Below, piece by piece: positions 40,636-53,520 of a stretch of 64,000 nucleotides of DNA; position 1 is the first letter of the stretch, and each line of letters starts with the position of its first letter. Below the pieces are notes generated by a model. That model had not been told where the DNA came from. It did not search any database and saw only the letters and a program-made list of their open reading frames with translations. The DNA is from Callorhinchus milii. Lineage: Eukaryota. Location of the stretch: NCBI RefSeq assembly GCF_018977255.1, contig NW_024704742.1, positions 107,944,001-108,008,000 of the forward strand, read 5' to 3'. The translations under genes and the position numbers were made by a program.

Positions 40636-41558
40636 TTAAATAAATTGAGTAGGAGATGAGGGGTGGGGGGGAGACAGCTTCAGATTTGACTTTGTCCATC
40701 TTACAAAACTAGCCATAGACATTTACTATTTATATCGTCCTCTTGATTGTAGGATATTACTCCAGTTATGGCTTATTTGTTTGCAACCATGAGAATCATA
40801 TAATTGCCATTTGCCAGATATTATGAGGTTTCGCATTAGGAAAGAACTCAGATGCAACCTTGTCTTTCTTCAATGCCAATACTGTGCTTTTTATTAAGCT
40901 GCCTGTGAGACAGAAACTTTGGTGGCCTTATTTCACACTGTCAGCTTTCATATCAAATGCAGCGCTTAACCCCAGTTTCCAGAGGCAGTTTATTAAAATA
41001 TACACAAGCACATGGCTTGGCAGCTAAGTCACTTTCCTTGTAATATGCCATATGGTGCTCTGTAAGCAATTTAAGCGTCACGCTTGCTTAGCAGCAAACA
41101 GGTTCTCAAGTCAGAAAAACTCCATGCAGCAGGCATAGGATTTTACTTTTCTTTTAACATTATTCTTTCACTGCCACTACTTTTGCCTGTTCCCTGCACC
41201 TCATCCCCCACCAATGGGATTTTCCTCTTTCTTTCCCTTGTGTTTGTCCACCACTTACTTAAATAAACCAGGAGACAGCAAGCACCAAAGAAATCTGAAA
41301 ATCAGCATCGCCTGCCTTTGGTGGTTGATACCAAGCTATTCAATTTCCTGTGATTTTCTGCTCTATATTCTTAATCTTAACAGAAACCATTCACTTGGTT
41401 GTTCCCCTCAGGGCACAAAGAAAGCCAACACGGATTCTGAGCCACCCATCAAGTAATGATCATCGATAACTTGCCTTTACTGATCAAGGCATTAAAGAAA
41501 CATTGTCCCTACTTTCTCCTAGAGAACCGTGCAGACATTTCATTGCATTATGGGTTAC

Positions 41559-41876
41559 TGTGGAGTTCTGTAGCTCAGTGGTTAGAGCAATCGCTTTGCA
41601 AGCGAGAGACCTGAGTTCAATTCCAGGCAGGGCGAAACCTTGGGCAAGGTTCCTTACTCCATACGCCTAATAATAATCCCTCCAAAACCCAAAACAATAA
41701 TAAATTGGTCATTTTCAATCTATGACTGTTTGTGGGACATTGCTGTGCGCAATTGGCTGCCGCGTTCGCCCACAAATATAGTCAATTCACTTTACAGTGT
41801 GTTCTGTGGAGCGCTTTGGGACATCCTCCTGACGTGAAAAGCGCTATCTCAAATGCAAGGATTATTATTATTATTA
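41559..41876 (+). mobile_element. SINE subfamily B, full length
   Basis: A and B boxes, B-type middle, L2-like tail and (ATT)n end. Confidence 0.92.
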
Positions 41877-42455
41877 CTTTGCTGGCATAATTACATGCAT
41901 AGACACTGCAGCAACAAAACAGGCTATTCGACCCAACTAGTCGGTGCCAGTGTTTATGCTTCTTGTGAGCTTCCACCTATTCTAATTGCCTCTCCCTTTC
42001 CCCCTGCTATTCACTTCTCTGTTAGGTGGTGAAATTTAGACATTTTGTTGTGTTTCACATTTCTACATTGTAGGATTCAAAGAGCTATTTCCGTTCCATT
42101 ACACATTAAGTGTGAATCTATAGAGTGACGCATGTGGAATATAATTTTTATTTTCACTGGTGTCAAATATTACCTTCAGGGACCGTAAAAGTACCAGCAA
42201 CACCCACAGAATAATTTACTTCTCTATTCTTATGATAGGAGACTAACCTTTATCGGTCATTCACCAATGGCATTACTGTACACTAAATTATTTGGAGTGA
42301 CATTTTGAATCACTTCTCTCCTTTTATTGATCCCTGGTTTCTACTTTTACTGTAACAAAAAAATGTTCCTCCTGAATGTGATGAATATGACTTTGCCAAG
42401 TAAAACTGAAGTCAAAGTAACTCACAGACAGACCTAATATCAAAGTCAGGTTTAC

Positions 42456-42541
42456 CTCGGAGATGAATATCATACAAAACCACCAGTTCTGCAGTCTGAT
42501 TTCTTTTTTACTCTCAGTAAGTTCAGGAAGTTCTTGTCTAC
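42456..42541 (-). other. Candidate 86-nt spliced exon
   Basis: A T-run acceptor ending ttttgcag|GTAGACAAG...TCTCCGAG|gtaaac. Confidence 0.45.
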
Positions 42542-43338
42542 CTGCAAAAAAAAACCAAATATTTTTAGAGCGTGTGAATTTTATTAACAAGAGCTATTTC
42601 CATAGTGGAAAACTACTAATCTGTGAAGCCCCTTTTTTGACCAGTCTGTGAGTGAAACACATACACGTTGTTCTGCATGTGTCTCAGTAACCTGCAGAAC
42701 AAGGTGTAAAACAAATAAAGGAATCCATGGGTTAGGAAAAACAAACATTTGAAAGAGGAGACGTTAAAGAGTCAGAATTCAGCAAAGAGAAATTCCTTAA
42801 TTCTGCAATTGCATAATCTCCCTTTTGAGCATTTCAGGAAGACCCATTCTACAACTAATTGCTGGTAAATGTTGTGCAGAACCATTTCACTTGCAGGAGA
42901 GGCATACACAGGGTGCTAGTTATTAATAGAAATAGATTAGAGTGAGTATAGGTTTGTTCAATAAAGTAACATTGGTCTATTGCCTATTGTTGTAAATTTC
43001 TGTCTTCTTTAAATGGTCAAGTCAATAACAAAATTAAAGTGTCTACTGGCTCAGTTGCTCTCACTTTGGCATCTGGGACAGGTTGTCGGTCATGAATTTC
43101 AGGCTCTTCTAAGACTTCAGGTCATAGCCTATCCTAAATACCCCGATTTCCCAATGAAGTACTGAATGAGTGCTGCATTGTTAGAAATCATACTTTAGAT
43201 GAGGTGCTAAATCAAGGTCCTGTGTATTTGTTTTTGTGGTTCACTGGATTCAAGCCACACATAGGGATTTTGAACTCATACAGTCTAGTGCAGTGCTGGG
43301 GTGAACTGTGAACTGCGTTGCTAGAAGAGCCATCCATC

Positions 43339-43560
43339 TGTGGAGTCCTGTAAGTCAGTGGTTAGCACACTTGCCTCGCAAGCGAGAGACTTGGTTTCAA
43401 TTCCCAGCAGGGCGAAATGTTGGGCAAGTTTCCTCTGTTTACCTAGCAGTAAAGTAGGAACCCGGTTGTTAGTCGATTGGCAGATTGCTATCCAGGGGTA
43501 ATAATTCCTTCAAAAAAAATAATAAATTGGTCATTTCAATCCACGGCTGTTTATGGGACC
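43339..43560 (+). mobile_element. SINE subfamily A, 5' part
   Basis: Head and middle are present; similarity stops after ctgtttatgggac. Confidence 0.88.
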
Positions 43561-44959
43561 ACCAAGCACTAGTTGTACAAATGGAGTCTCAAAAGGAGAC
43601 TAGTTGGTTGATGCTCCCATCCTATGGAAAATCATATAGTCTTTGTTCAATTATCTCCTCTAATATCCTGTTCAAGTACGACAACAACTTCGACTTATAT
43701 AGGGCCCTCCTTGCAGGGTAGCGTCTCAAAGCGCTTAATACTTGCCATGTGAGGAATTAAGAGCAATCCACTTTAGACAGATGTCAGTTTAAAGTCTCAT
43801 CTGATGGATGGTCCTCCAATAATGAAACACATTCCAAGACTACATTAGAGTGTTGGCCTAGAATACATAAATTGAAGTCCTGATGTTGGTATTGGAATCC
43901 ACAACCATCTGACTATATCAAATGCAAGGATTATTATTGTTATTATTTGAAACTGTTTAATGATTATTTTCCTAGAGGTAAAACAAAGAACAACACTGAT
44001 TTCAATCTACATAAAATCCATTAAGCAACAACTATATACAATTGCCTGGAGTTGTTGTGGTGAAATAGTAAATCATTTAAAAAACTAGCCTCTAACTAAT
44101 TCTCCAGTCCTCTCTTGATTATATGTGGCAAAATGCACAATGTGGACTTTCTTTTGGCAAATAAATTGATGAAAAATATGTTTATCACATAATTATATTT
44201 AATGTTTTGGTTAACGAATTCCAAAGCTAACATATCTAAGTAATAATATCTGTATTTATTTATTTTTAAAAATTACTAATCCTTACATGTAAAGAATGTT
44301 TCCCAATATAGTACTTAGTATTCTGAGGTACATGGCCTTCGAAGGGCTGAGAAGGTGCCAAACAAGCTACACTTTTAAGCATTAAAGATTTTTGGCACAA
44401 CATGCATGTCTGCTTTAAGGAAGACCATTAGTTTTATTAGGCCTTTTCCTCCAATGTAACAGGCAGCTTTGTTCTTAATAGCATAGTTGGACAGCCCTAG
44501 TTCTTATACAACACGTGCAATGGTGCCTACCCATTCCAAAGTCAACACCATTAACGCCCATCATTGTCTTTTTTCCGCTTCGAAAAAGAGGGCCTTATTG
44601 AAGTGAAATTTCAGACCGTTTTCTTTTCTTAGCAACAGCAGAATTTACTTCCACTAACCACCCTCCCCATTGGGTTCTGGAATGCTTTTCAAAATGTGCA
44701 GCAAAATAACAAAAATAAGGATGCCAAGTAACGTGTTCAACTTGTAGTGGCAGTTGAAGAATAGGCAACTGTCTACCAACCTTTAATATAAAGGTTGAAG
44801 AGCTCCTTCTAAGAAACTAAACCCCACACTCCCCCCATGAATCTACTCTGCTCTACAGGAGATGGAAAAAAAAGTACTACAAGGTGTTGGAACTATGCAA
44901 GCCATTCGTAGCAATGTCTGGATTTTAAAAAAAAGCAAAGTACTTATCCAACGGCTCAA

Positions 44960-45585
44960 TTCACCTCACAAGATCGGTTTGGATGAAGAAGGTTGTTTAG
45001 CCCATTTAATCTTTCTATTGTTCTCCCATCATTTCATCAAGCTTTTCTTTAAATTGAGTCCAGCATCGTGGCCTTGACCACCTTTCCTTGTAATCTATTC
45101 CCCTCTGATATTTTTTAGAGTCTATCCTGAAATTGCCTTTACAAACCTAAACCTGTGGTGCTGGTGCTGCCCCACCTGAAGGGTACGATATAAATACAGG
45201 TTATTGTTAGCGTTGTTGCTTCCTAAAGCGTTGTTCTGGGTTTATGTTCTCAATCCCATGTAAAATCCTATATATCTCTGTAAGATCCCCGCGACCTTTC
45301 AAGAATGAAGAGCACCCGCTTCATTGCTCATTCCTCGAATACTGGGGAACATCTCCCATGTTCTCCTCTGTACTGCCTCTTGAGCCTGGGCGGCCTCCTG
45401 AAGTCACAGCAACTTGAAGTATACACAATTTAATGTGGCCTGACCAGAGTAGTATACAGATTCAACAGGGCTTTTGGAGCCTTGAACCCAAATGAGTTGG
45501 CAATACAGCTCAGCATCCTGTTTGCCTTGTTTATTGCTGCCTCACACTAACATGGTGAGCGATGAGTCATTAACACCCCTCGGTC
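44960..45585 (-). mobile_element. Diverged CR1-like fragment
   Basis: CR1-like antisense motifs (gtggcctgaccagagtagtatacagattcaac; gcatcctgtttgccttgtttattgc). Confidence 0.55.
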
Positions 45586-46173
45586 TACTTCAGCTTCTTG
45601 GCAAGATCCATCCCTTTTTTTCTGGTCACATGTAAGTGTTGTCTGACACATATAAGGGTATCCAAACCAAACAGAATTCCATGCATCCCATCTACACATG
45701 GAAATGCCAGAGATGTTTATGGGAATTGAATGCACACTCTCACCCTGGAGGAACACATCCTGCTTACCTAATTCTGGAAAGTATTTGGTGCAAGAACCAA
45801 GGCTTGGGAACCCCAGAGTTTTAGCTGGTTAGACTCCTAGAGTCGCATAGCTTGCCATTGAGAGTACTGTCTGGCAAGCTTTTGCACTACTTGTCCAGCT
45901 AGGAAAACCTTATCATTAAGTCCTTTGGGTTGCAGGGTTAATGGGAGCTGAGTGCGAAGAGTCCACAGCCCCAGTGACTTTTTGCACAGGGTGGAGGAAG
46001 CCCCTCCTCTCCATCTACAGGAGCTGAGATCCATAAAGGAGGACTGTTTACAATTAAGTCTTGTATGCCACAAGCTTAACCAGCATTAAGACTTTGCTGT
46101 CCTTGAAGAGAGACGAAGTGGTCAGAAAGCCCTTCGCTTTCCGGTAGCCAGAAAGTCCTAGGTTCATCTCTAG

Positions 46174-47667
46174 TCTGTCATCATCAACCTGTCCCTCTCC
46201 TCTGGCTCTGTCCCCATTCCATTAAAAACTGCCATCATCACGCCCACCCTGAAAAAACCCTCCCTTGATGCGTCGCAGCTATCAAGCTACCGGCCCATCT
46301 CCAACCTCCCCTTTCTCTCCAAGGTCTTGGAAAGAGTTGTCGCCTCCCAACTGCGCTCTTTCCTTTCCACCCATTCTCTTTTTGAACCCCTTCAGTCAGG
46401 TTTCCGTGCTGCCCATAGCACAGAAACTGCCCTGGTCAAGGTCACCAATGATATCCTGACCATCTGTGACCAGGGCTCCCTCTGTCTCCTCGTCCTCCTC
46501 GACCTATCGGCAGCATTCGATACGGTCGACCACGCTATCCTACTCCACCGCTTGTCCTCCCACCTCAACCTTCAAGGCACTGTCCTTGAATGGTTTAGGT
46601 CGTACCTTTCTCACCGTCTTCACTTTGTCTCAACGAATGGCTTCTCCTCCACCCCCCGTACTGTCTCATGTGGTGTCCCTCAGGGCTCTGTCCTCGGTCC
46701 CCTCCTCTTCACCCTCTATATGCTCCCCCTCGGTGACATCATCCGCAGACATGGAGTTAACTTCCACATGTATGCGGATGACACCCAACTCTACCTTTCC
46801 TCCTCTACTCTCAACTCCACGACCACCGATGTCCTGACAGCCTGCCTGTCCGACATCGAGTCCTGGACGAGAGACAACTTTCTTCAGCTCAACGTGCGAA
46901 AAACCGAGGCCCTCCTGATTGGCTCACGTCAGCGCCTCCGCACCTCAGGCGCTGACACCATCAGCATCCAAGGCTGCACTCTCCACCTCTCAAAGCCAGT
47001 CAGGAACCTCGGCGTTTTGTTCGACCCTGAGCTGTCCTTTCTCCCTCACATCCGCACCACAACTGGCACCGCCTTCCATCACCTCCGGAACATCGCCAGA
47101 CTACGGCACTACCTCACCCCTCACGCTGCTGAAACCCTGGTCCACGCCTTTGTCACCTCAAGGCTGGACTATGGGAACTCTCTCCTCGCCGGCCTTCCCG
47201 CCACCTCCCTCCACAAGCTGCAGGTCATTCAGAACTCTGCAGCTCGTGTACTGTCCCGCACCAGGCTTCGCGACCACATCACTCCCACCCTCGCTCGCCT
47301 CCACTGGCTCCCCATCCCCCAGAGGATTGATTTCAAGATCCTCATCCTCACCTACAAGGCCATTCACGGCCTTGCTCCCTCCTACCTCTCCAACCTACTA
47401 TCCCCCTACCTACCTGCCCGTACCCTCCGTTCCTCTGGCTCTGGTCTGCTCCACGTCCCCCGCCCCAACCGCCCTACCATCGGTGGTCGGGCCTTCAGCC
47501 TCTCAGCCCCCAGGCTCTGGAACTCCATCCCCCAGTGCCTTCGCCTTGCTTCCTCCCTTTCCTCCTTCAAGGCCGGTCTCAAAACCTTTCTCTTTGACCG
47601 TGCCTTCAGCTCCCCTCTCGACTCTCTTCCCCCTCCTCGCTCCCTCCCTTCCCTCCCCTCACCCTGA
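46174..47667 (+). CDS. Reverse transcriptase and C-terminal part of an L2-clade LINE ORF2 (5'-truncated, no endonuclease domain)
   Basis: The frame is open from after the TAG at 46171-46173 to the TGA at 47665-47667. It carries non-LTR RT motifs [47 protein letters not shown] and NLGV, plus the L2-type C-terminus RLDYGNSLL...QNSAAR...[13 protein letters not shown]. Confidence 0.95.
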   Translation, partial: SVIINLSLSSGSVPIPLKTAIITPTLKKPSLDASQLSSYRPISNLPFLSKVLERVVASQLRSFLSTHSLFEPLQSGFRAAHSTETALVKVTNDILTICDQGSLCLLVLLDLSAAFDTVDHAILLHRLSSHLNLQGTVLEWFRSYLSHRLHFVSTNGFSSTPRTVSCGVPQGSVLGPLLFTLYMLPLGDIIRRHGVNFHMYADDTQLYLSSSTLNSTTTDVLTACLSDIESWTRDNFLQLNVRKTEALLIGSRQRLRTSGADTISIQGCTLHLSKPVRNLGVLFDPELSFLPHIRTTTGTAFHHLRNIARLRHYLTPHAAETLVHAFVTSRLDYGNSLLAGLPATSLHKLQVIQNSAARVLSRTRLRDHITPTLARLHWLPIPQRIDFKILILTYKAIHGLAPSYLSNLLSPYLPARTLRSSGSGLLHVPRPNRPTIGGRAFSLSAPRLWNSIPQCLRLASSLSSFKAGLKTFLFDRAFSSPLDSLPPPRSLPSLPSP

Positions 47668-47853
47668 CCATTTCCCCCTCCTTGCTCCCTCCCTTCCCTC
47701 ACCCTGACCATTTCCCCCCTCCTCGCTCCCTCCCTTCCCTCACCCTGACCATTTCCCCCCTGCTCGGGTCATGACCCAACTGTGCAGCGCCTTGGGACGT
47801 CCTCCTGACGTGAAAGGCGCTTTATAAATGGAATCTTGTTGTTGTTGTTGTTG
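46177..47853 (+). mobile_element. Young 5'-truncated L2-clade LINE
   Basis: RT ORF followed by a C-rich 3'UTR, the stem-loop GCGCCTT-GGG-ACGTC-CTCCT-GACGT-G-AAAGGCGC and a (TTG)n tail. Confidence 0.95.
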
Positions 47854-47959
47854 TGTGAGTAAAGTGCTTTTCGCAAAAGCATCCTTGAGACACCACAATT
47901 AATCTCTGGCTCTCCAGGCTAGGTGAGAAGGAAGAACAGTCAATCATCAAAGTTCAACA

Positions 47960-48297
47960 AATAATAATAATAAAATCCTTGCATTTGCTTCACAGAATAC
48001 ACTGTAAAGTGAACTGACTGTATGTTTTGTGAGCAAATTGCAGCAGCCAATTGACACAGCAGTGTTCCACAAACAGTCGTGGATTGAAGTGATCAATTTA
48101 TTATTTTTTTTTGAAGGAATTATTACCCCTGGAAAAGCGATCCGCCAATCGACTAACAACCGGGTTCCTATTTACTGCTAGGTAAACAAAGGCACGTAGA
48201 GTAAGGAAACTTGCCCAACATTTTGCCCCGCTTGGAATCGATCCCAGATCTCTTGCTTGCGAGGCGAGTGCTCTAAGCATTGAGCTACAGGACTCCA
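47960..48297 (-). mobile_element. SINE subfamily A with the tail stem-loop deleted
   Basis: Reverse complement of the family; the junction atccttgcatttgcttcacag shows the tail hairpin is missing. Confidence 0.9.
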
Positions 48298-48299
48298 AA

Positions 48300-48560
48300 C
48301 AGCCATGATATGAATGAATGATTTATCTAGAGGATTGTTGATTAGGTCCCTGGGAAAACCTTTGTTCTTTTTGCAGTTTATGCCATGTGAGCTTTAACAT
48401 CTACCTGAACAGACAAACGAGCCTTGGGTTTCAACATCTCATCCAAAACACGGTACCTCCAACAATGTAATGGACCTCCCCCAGCGCTGTCTTGACTATG
48501 ATCTCCTTTGGGTGGGTGCACCCACAACCTTCTGACCATAAGGCACAAAGAGCAGCTGTG
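48300..48560 (-). mobile_element. DeuSINE-like fragment
   Basis: Core ctttaacatctacctgaacagacaaacgagccttgggtttcaacatctcatc. Confidence 0.65.
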
Positions 48561-49214
48561 AGATGCCTTCACTCCCAACCTCTTCAAAGCACATACTGGT
48601 ATAGCTGCTTTGAATTTATAAAGCACAACCTCAGGGCTTTTCAAAGAACAGCAGGATCAAGAAGCAGGATTGATAAGCTTTAGAAATGCTTGTCAGTATT
48701 CATTAACAAACGCTTCTTCCACTGAAAATTAGTTACTAGAAAAGATTTACAAGCTAATGCTTTTCCAGGATTATTTAGAGATTATTTCGCCAGTCAATAT
48801 TTGTTAGTTTAAATTTGACTTCAATTAGCCTTTTAGAAATCTTTCTCGATGACAAGACAAGCTTTGAACTTTTAATAATAATGAACAATAAATTGGTAAG
48901 TTAATTATAATGAAATTCAAGATTATTACTGTATATGCTTGTCAAACTGCATCTTCAACAATGTGCCCTTTTGTCTGAAAAGTCCAACACTCCAGTGCAC
49001 TGCTGGGTGAATGCCGGATGTCAGAAGTACCTTCCTTCAGATGAGGCATTAAACTGCGGTCCCACTTGCCTGTTAAATTGAATGTTAAAGACACTATTCC
49101 CACAACGCTATCTGAAAAGAAAAAAGGTTTCTTCTAGTGGCCTGGCCAACAATGCTCCCCCCCACCCCACCCCATAGCCCTATTGTCACAGTCTCATCTG
49201 GTAATTATTTGGGG

Positions 49215-49348
49215 AGGACACATTTACAGGGTTATAGGGAGAGAGCGGGGGAGTAGTACTGATTTGGATAGCTCTTTTCAAAGAGCTGACCCAGACACGA
49301 TGGGGCGAAAGGCCTCCTTCTGTGCTATATAATTCTATGATTCTATGA
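49215..49348 (+). mobile_element. CR1-clade LINE 3' end
   Basis: Ends ggcctccttctgtgctatataattctatgattctatga, the CR1-type (ATTCTATG)n terminus. Confidence 0.8.
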
Positions 49349-49799
49349 GAGCAAATGAGGAAACCTAAGCAGTTGCACAGTGTTGTGTTGCGGTTTTGGT
49401 CTGTGCCATTGACTGTTTGGACATCCTTCCTGACCTCTAAGCAGCCGGTGGCAACCACTGAGCAACAACATCATCAAATTCACTAATATAACATTAAGTG
49501 GTGTGGTTAAAGATGGTAAATAGCCACAGAGTGAAGCCAATTCAATAACCATAAAGTGTGGTGCCCAAAACTCTAGTGAGGCCTAACCAGTGTTTTATAA
49601 AGGTTCATCATAACCTCCTTACTTTTGTATTCTATGCCCCTATTTATAAAGCCTAGTATCTTGCATGGTTTTTTTAACAACTTTAAAAAGTTATCTCCTT
49701 GAAGCTGAACTGGCTCTGAGACGACATGTTTAACAACAAACAGCCGAGCCAGCCTGGCTCATCGGCAGGATGTGGAAGGGCAAACCAGTAACTGGCAGC

Positions 49800-50178
49800 A
49801 GGGAATCATCCCACTCAGCTCCTGTTAACCCTGCAAGCCAAAGCCCTAACTGGTAGGAGGGTCCTGGCTGAATACGGAGTGGGAAAGCTTGCCAGACAGT
49901 GATATCAATGGCAAGCTGTGAGGTTTTAGCTGGTTAGACTCCAGCAGTACCCCCAACGCACACTCTGGAGTCCCCAAGCTTCAGCTCTTGTCAGCCTGCG
50001 CTTAACACTCGCCAGAATTAGGTAAACAGGATGTGTCCCTCCCAGGGAGACAGTGCACATTTCATTCCAACAATCTATCTCTGGAATCTCCATGTGTAGG
50101 TGGGATGCAAGGAATTCTCAGTTTTGATTGGATACTCTTAAGCATAGTGATGGGTTTCCTCATGTGTCAGATACCCGG
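49800..50178 (-). repeat. Unclassified dispersed repeat (other copies at about 45640-45970 +, 54240-54375 -, 55155-55470 +)
   Basis: Shared blocks tctgacacat, ctacacatgga, cacatcct..ttacctaattc, gcttggg and ttgcagggtt...ggagctgagt. Orientation is arbitrary. Confidence 0.75.
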
Positions 50179-52974
50179 CTGACAAAAACTTCTGGTATAA
50201 ACTTGTGAGCAGAAAAGGGAATTGTACAGGGACTCTTACAGAGACTGGTGTGTGGATGCACGTACTTCAGATAGCAGCTGGGAAGCAGGTACAACATCGA
50301 GAGAACTATTTAGAATCATGTTTCTGGATACCAGTACAGTTCTAGAGGCGAATGATTCCAGCTATATGGGAGGCAGTCACCCAACTGTTAAAACAGGATA
50401 CTGCTAACTGCCCCCTGTTTTTTAAAAAATGTGAACCTATGCAATAGTATTCCAAGAAACACATCCCCAACAAGTAATCTTTGTTAGATAAGTGTTGGAA
50501 ATGTTGCTTTTCCGAGATTTAGCCAACAGAGTTTATAAACCAACAGCTCTGCCAGAGAGGCTATTTGTGACAAGATGTGGTGATTTATTGTCCCTTGTGC
50601 ATAAGCTTACTGCACGAAGCAAAGATTCGCCATCACATGTCAGCAATACATTTTTCATTAATTCAGTCAACAGAAGCAGCAGAAATCCAACGCATTTTGA
50701 GCACTGTCCCATTAATTAGTGGAAGTTGCTCTTGCCGTGCGTGCTGTGGGTTATTACTGAGCCCCAGTCTGAATGAAATGCGGTCTGTCTCTTCAGTGCT
50801 CATTTTCTGGTCTACAGCTGAAGATATTCTCCATTATTTCAGGAGCTTCATGAAGGGAACACCATCTGCGCACCATACAGTGGTTTGAGCAAGACGTCTT
50901 TCAAATGCATACTTAAGAACTGCTTTTGACAGAGCCCAGTTGCTCTGTAATTGATAAATAATATATACAACTACCTCAGACTACTTACTGTGTGTGGGGT
51001 AAGGTATTTTGCAGCAGGCAGTTTTTGTGGCTGGTAGGGGAGGGGGGTGTGTGCCTCTAGGGCCCAGGTTCCTTTTTGTAGTGTTGTTTCAGTGAATTAC
51101 ATAGTTATTTTTAAATTTAATCCTCTCTTTGGGTCTCTCCACCCTGCTCCCTGACCAATGTGTCTGCAGGCCTCTATCCTCCTGTACATCTGCTCAGAGG
51201 ACTCGGGCGAATTTTGAGATCCCATTGAGTGGGGAATAACAAAAATTTTCCTTTGTGCCAGACCTCTGCGTGGCAGCTCCTAGCAGGTCACTGATACACC
51301 AGGTAACTCAGAAAGCACAGAAAAGGGTTAGTCGACAATGTTCAGATTTGGAAGAAAACATGAGGAGGACTAAGAGGGAAAAAAAATTACAAACAAGAGT
51401 AGCCCTTGAACGTCTTCAATCACATTTCTGCACAAGTTCAAAAAAGGTCCTTTGAGCAGAGTGCATTAATGAAAACAATATTAGCTGCATGTGACATGAA
51501 TTCTTTATTTCATGCAGTTTATTCATTCTCGATTCCCTTTTTAACCTTTGTATTATAAATATAATTAGGTGAGAAAGATCCCTGTCCATCAGCTGAGAGC
51601 CTGATGCGAGTGGAAGGGGGAGAAAATAACTGGAATATTTTCCTGGGTCCCACAAATTATTATTCACTGATGTAACACCTATTGAGCACATCTAGTGCAC
51701 AATGCCAAGGATAGGGCTGTAGTGGGTGAACACTGAAGATTTCTATCCTAATTTTCACCTAAAATATCCCATTGTTTCACCTAGTTTTTAAACTAATTGT
51801 GGATATTAGAATGAATTTGTGTTTTAAAATGTAGCATAAAGTACACGGTCCTTTTGATTTAACTGGTAAAGCAGCTCATTTCAGCTTTTTTTTGGTCAAA
51901 GCTGCTATATACCGTCGGAAGCATTTTTGTAAGTTTTGGCACCAGGACTACAGTTCGTTATGTTTATACAAGAAATTGTTGCTAACAAAATAAATCATTT
52001 GAAAATCTAGTAGCAATTCACAAATAAGATTTGTAATTGGGAGCCTGGATTCAAGAACAGATCATTTATTATCCGGAAGGTTGGATCATCCGATTCACCA
52101 CCAGCCTGAACTACCCAGGTCCCCGTGCGACACCCTTCATTGCCTTTCCTTGAAATAGCAAACTTAATAGTTGCACGACTAGCGAGAGCCATGGCGGTGA
52201 GATGCTGCCGGGTGCACGTGGCCAGAAAAAAGGTCGGTTTGAATAGAGAGTTTAAATTCAGCCAAAAAAATCTGAATGGGGCCTGTATTAAAAATTCTCA
52301 TCACTCTGGTTGCACCTCTTCTGTGAAACAGACAAGTTTGACATTTTAAAAAAAAGGATTTTATCATTCAGTTTCAGAAAGAGCCTTTCCAAATATGGAA
52401 GTAGGACGTTTCATTCTTAAACAACATATGCCTTGTCGGATTCCAATGTAAATCCTCCATTTTGTCAAACAATCACAAGCACCATGGGGGTCAATGAATA
52501 GTACTAATCTAACTGTCCGGAAGGCAGCTGCTGAAGAGATGACATGCAAAATGGCCAATCTATTCACCAGAGAGAATGGACAATTAGTATCATATAAAAG
52601 GGAACACAGAAGGAGCAGGGAGCCTGGATTAGAGCAGTTGGCTCCAGTGAATGAGCTAAGCACCATTTTAGGTTTGATACCTCTTTCAACACTGTAATTT
52701 CTATGATTCTATCCAGGCTGGCAATCAGCTGGGAAACGCCCCAATTCCATTTTTGAAACTAAATTCAGCTCGAGTCAAGTCAGCTCACTTCCCTCTTCTC
52801 TATTCAGCAGACCTGCACACCAAACAACCCTTTCAACAGCACTGTGAGCATGGGTCACTTCTGTGTCCCTTTGCATTAGTGAGGCTGATCCCCTGTGTCA
52901 GAGGGAAAGTTACAAGAAAAACTAGACAAACTCAGGCACTTCAGGGCTAGGGCTAAATAAATTAGGTTTTTTTT

Positions 52975-53281
52975 TATCCTTACATTTGATATAGCACTTT
53001 TCACGTCGGGAGGACGTCCCAAAGCGCTTCACAGAATATACTGTAAAGTGAATTGACTGTATATTTGTGGGCGAACGCAGCAGCCAATTGCGCACAGCAA
53101 TGTCCCACAAACTGTCGTAGATTGAAAATGACCAATTTATTATTGTTTTTGGTTTTTGGAGGGATTATTGTTAGGCGTGTGGAGTAAGGAAACTTGCCCA
53201 AGGTTTCGCCCTGCCTGGAATTGAACTCAGGTGTCTCGCTTGCAAAACGAGTGCTCTAACCACTGAGCTACAGGACTCCAC
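52975..53281 (-). mobile_element. SINE subfamily B, full length
   Basis: Near-identical to the 22738 and 29528 copies. Confidence 0.92.
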
Positions 53282-53520
53282 AGGGTTTTAAGGATGTCCA
53301 AAAAATGACATCTTAGAGGGGACTTAATGCAGGTTACAAGATGCTAAACGAGAAAATAAACTCAGGGCAATTTTTCAGAAAAGCACCAGGGAGTATTTCC
53401 TTACAAAGAGGGTTTACAAGAAGGGTAGTTGAGACCAGACCCTCAGCTTTTTAAGAAATACCTTAATGCTTTAATGGGAAGATGGTCGATTTGATATGCT
53501 TGAAGGATGAAGAACAATTG

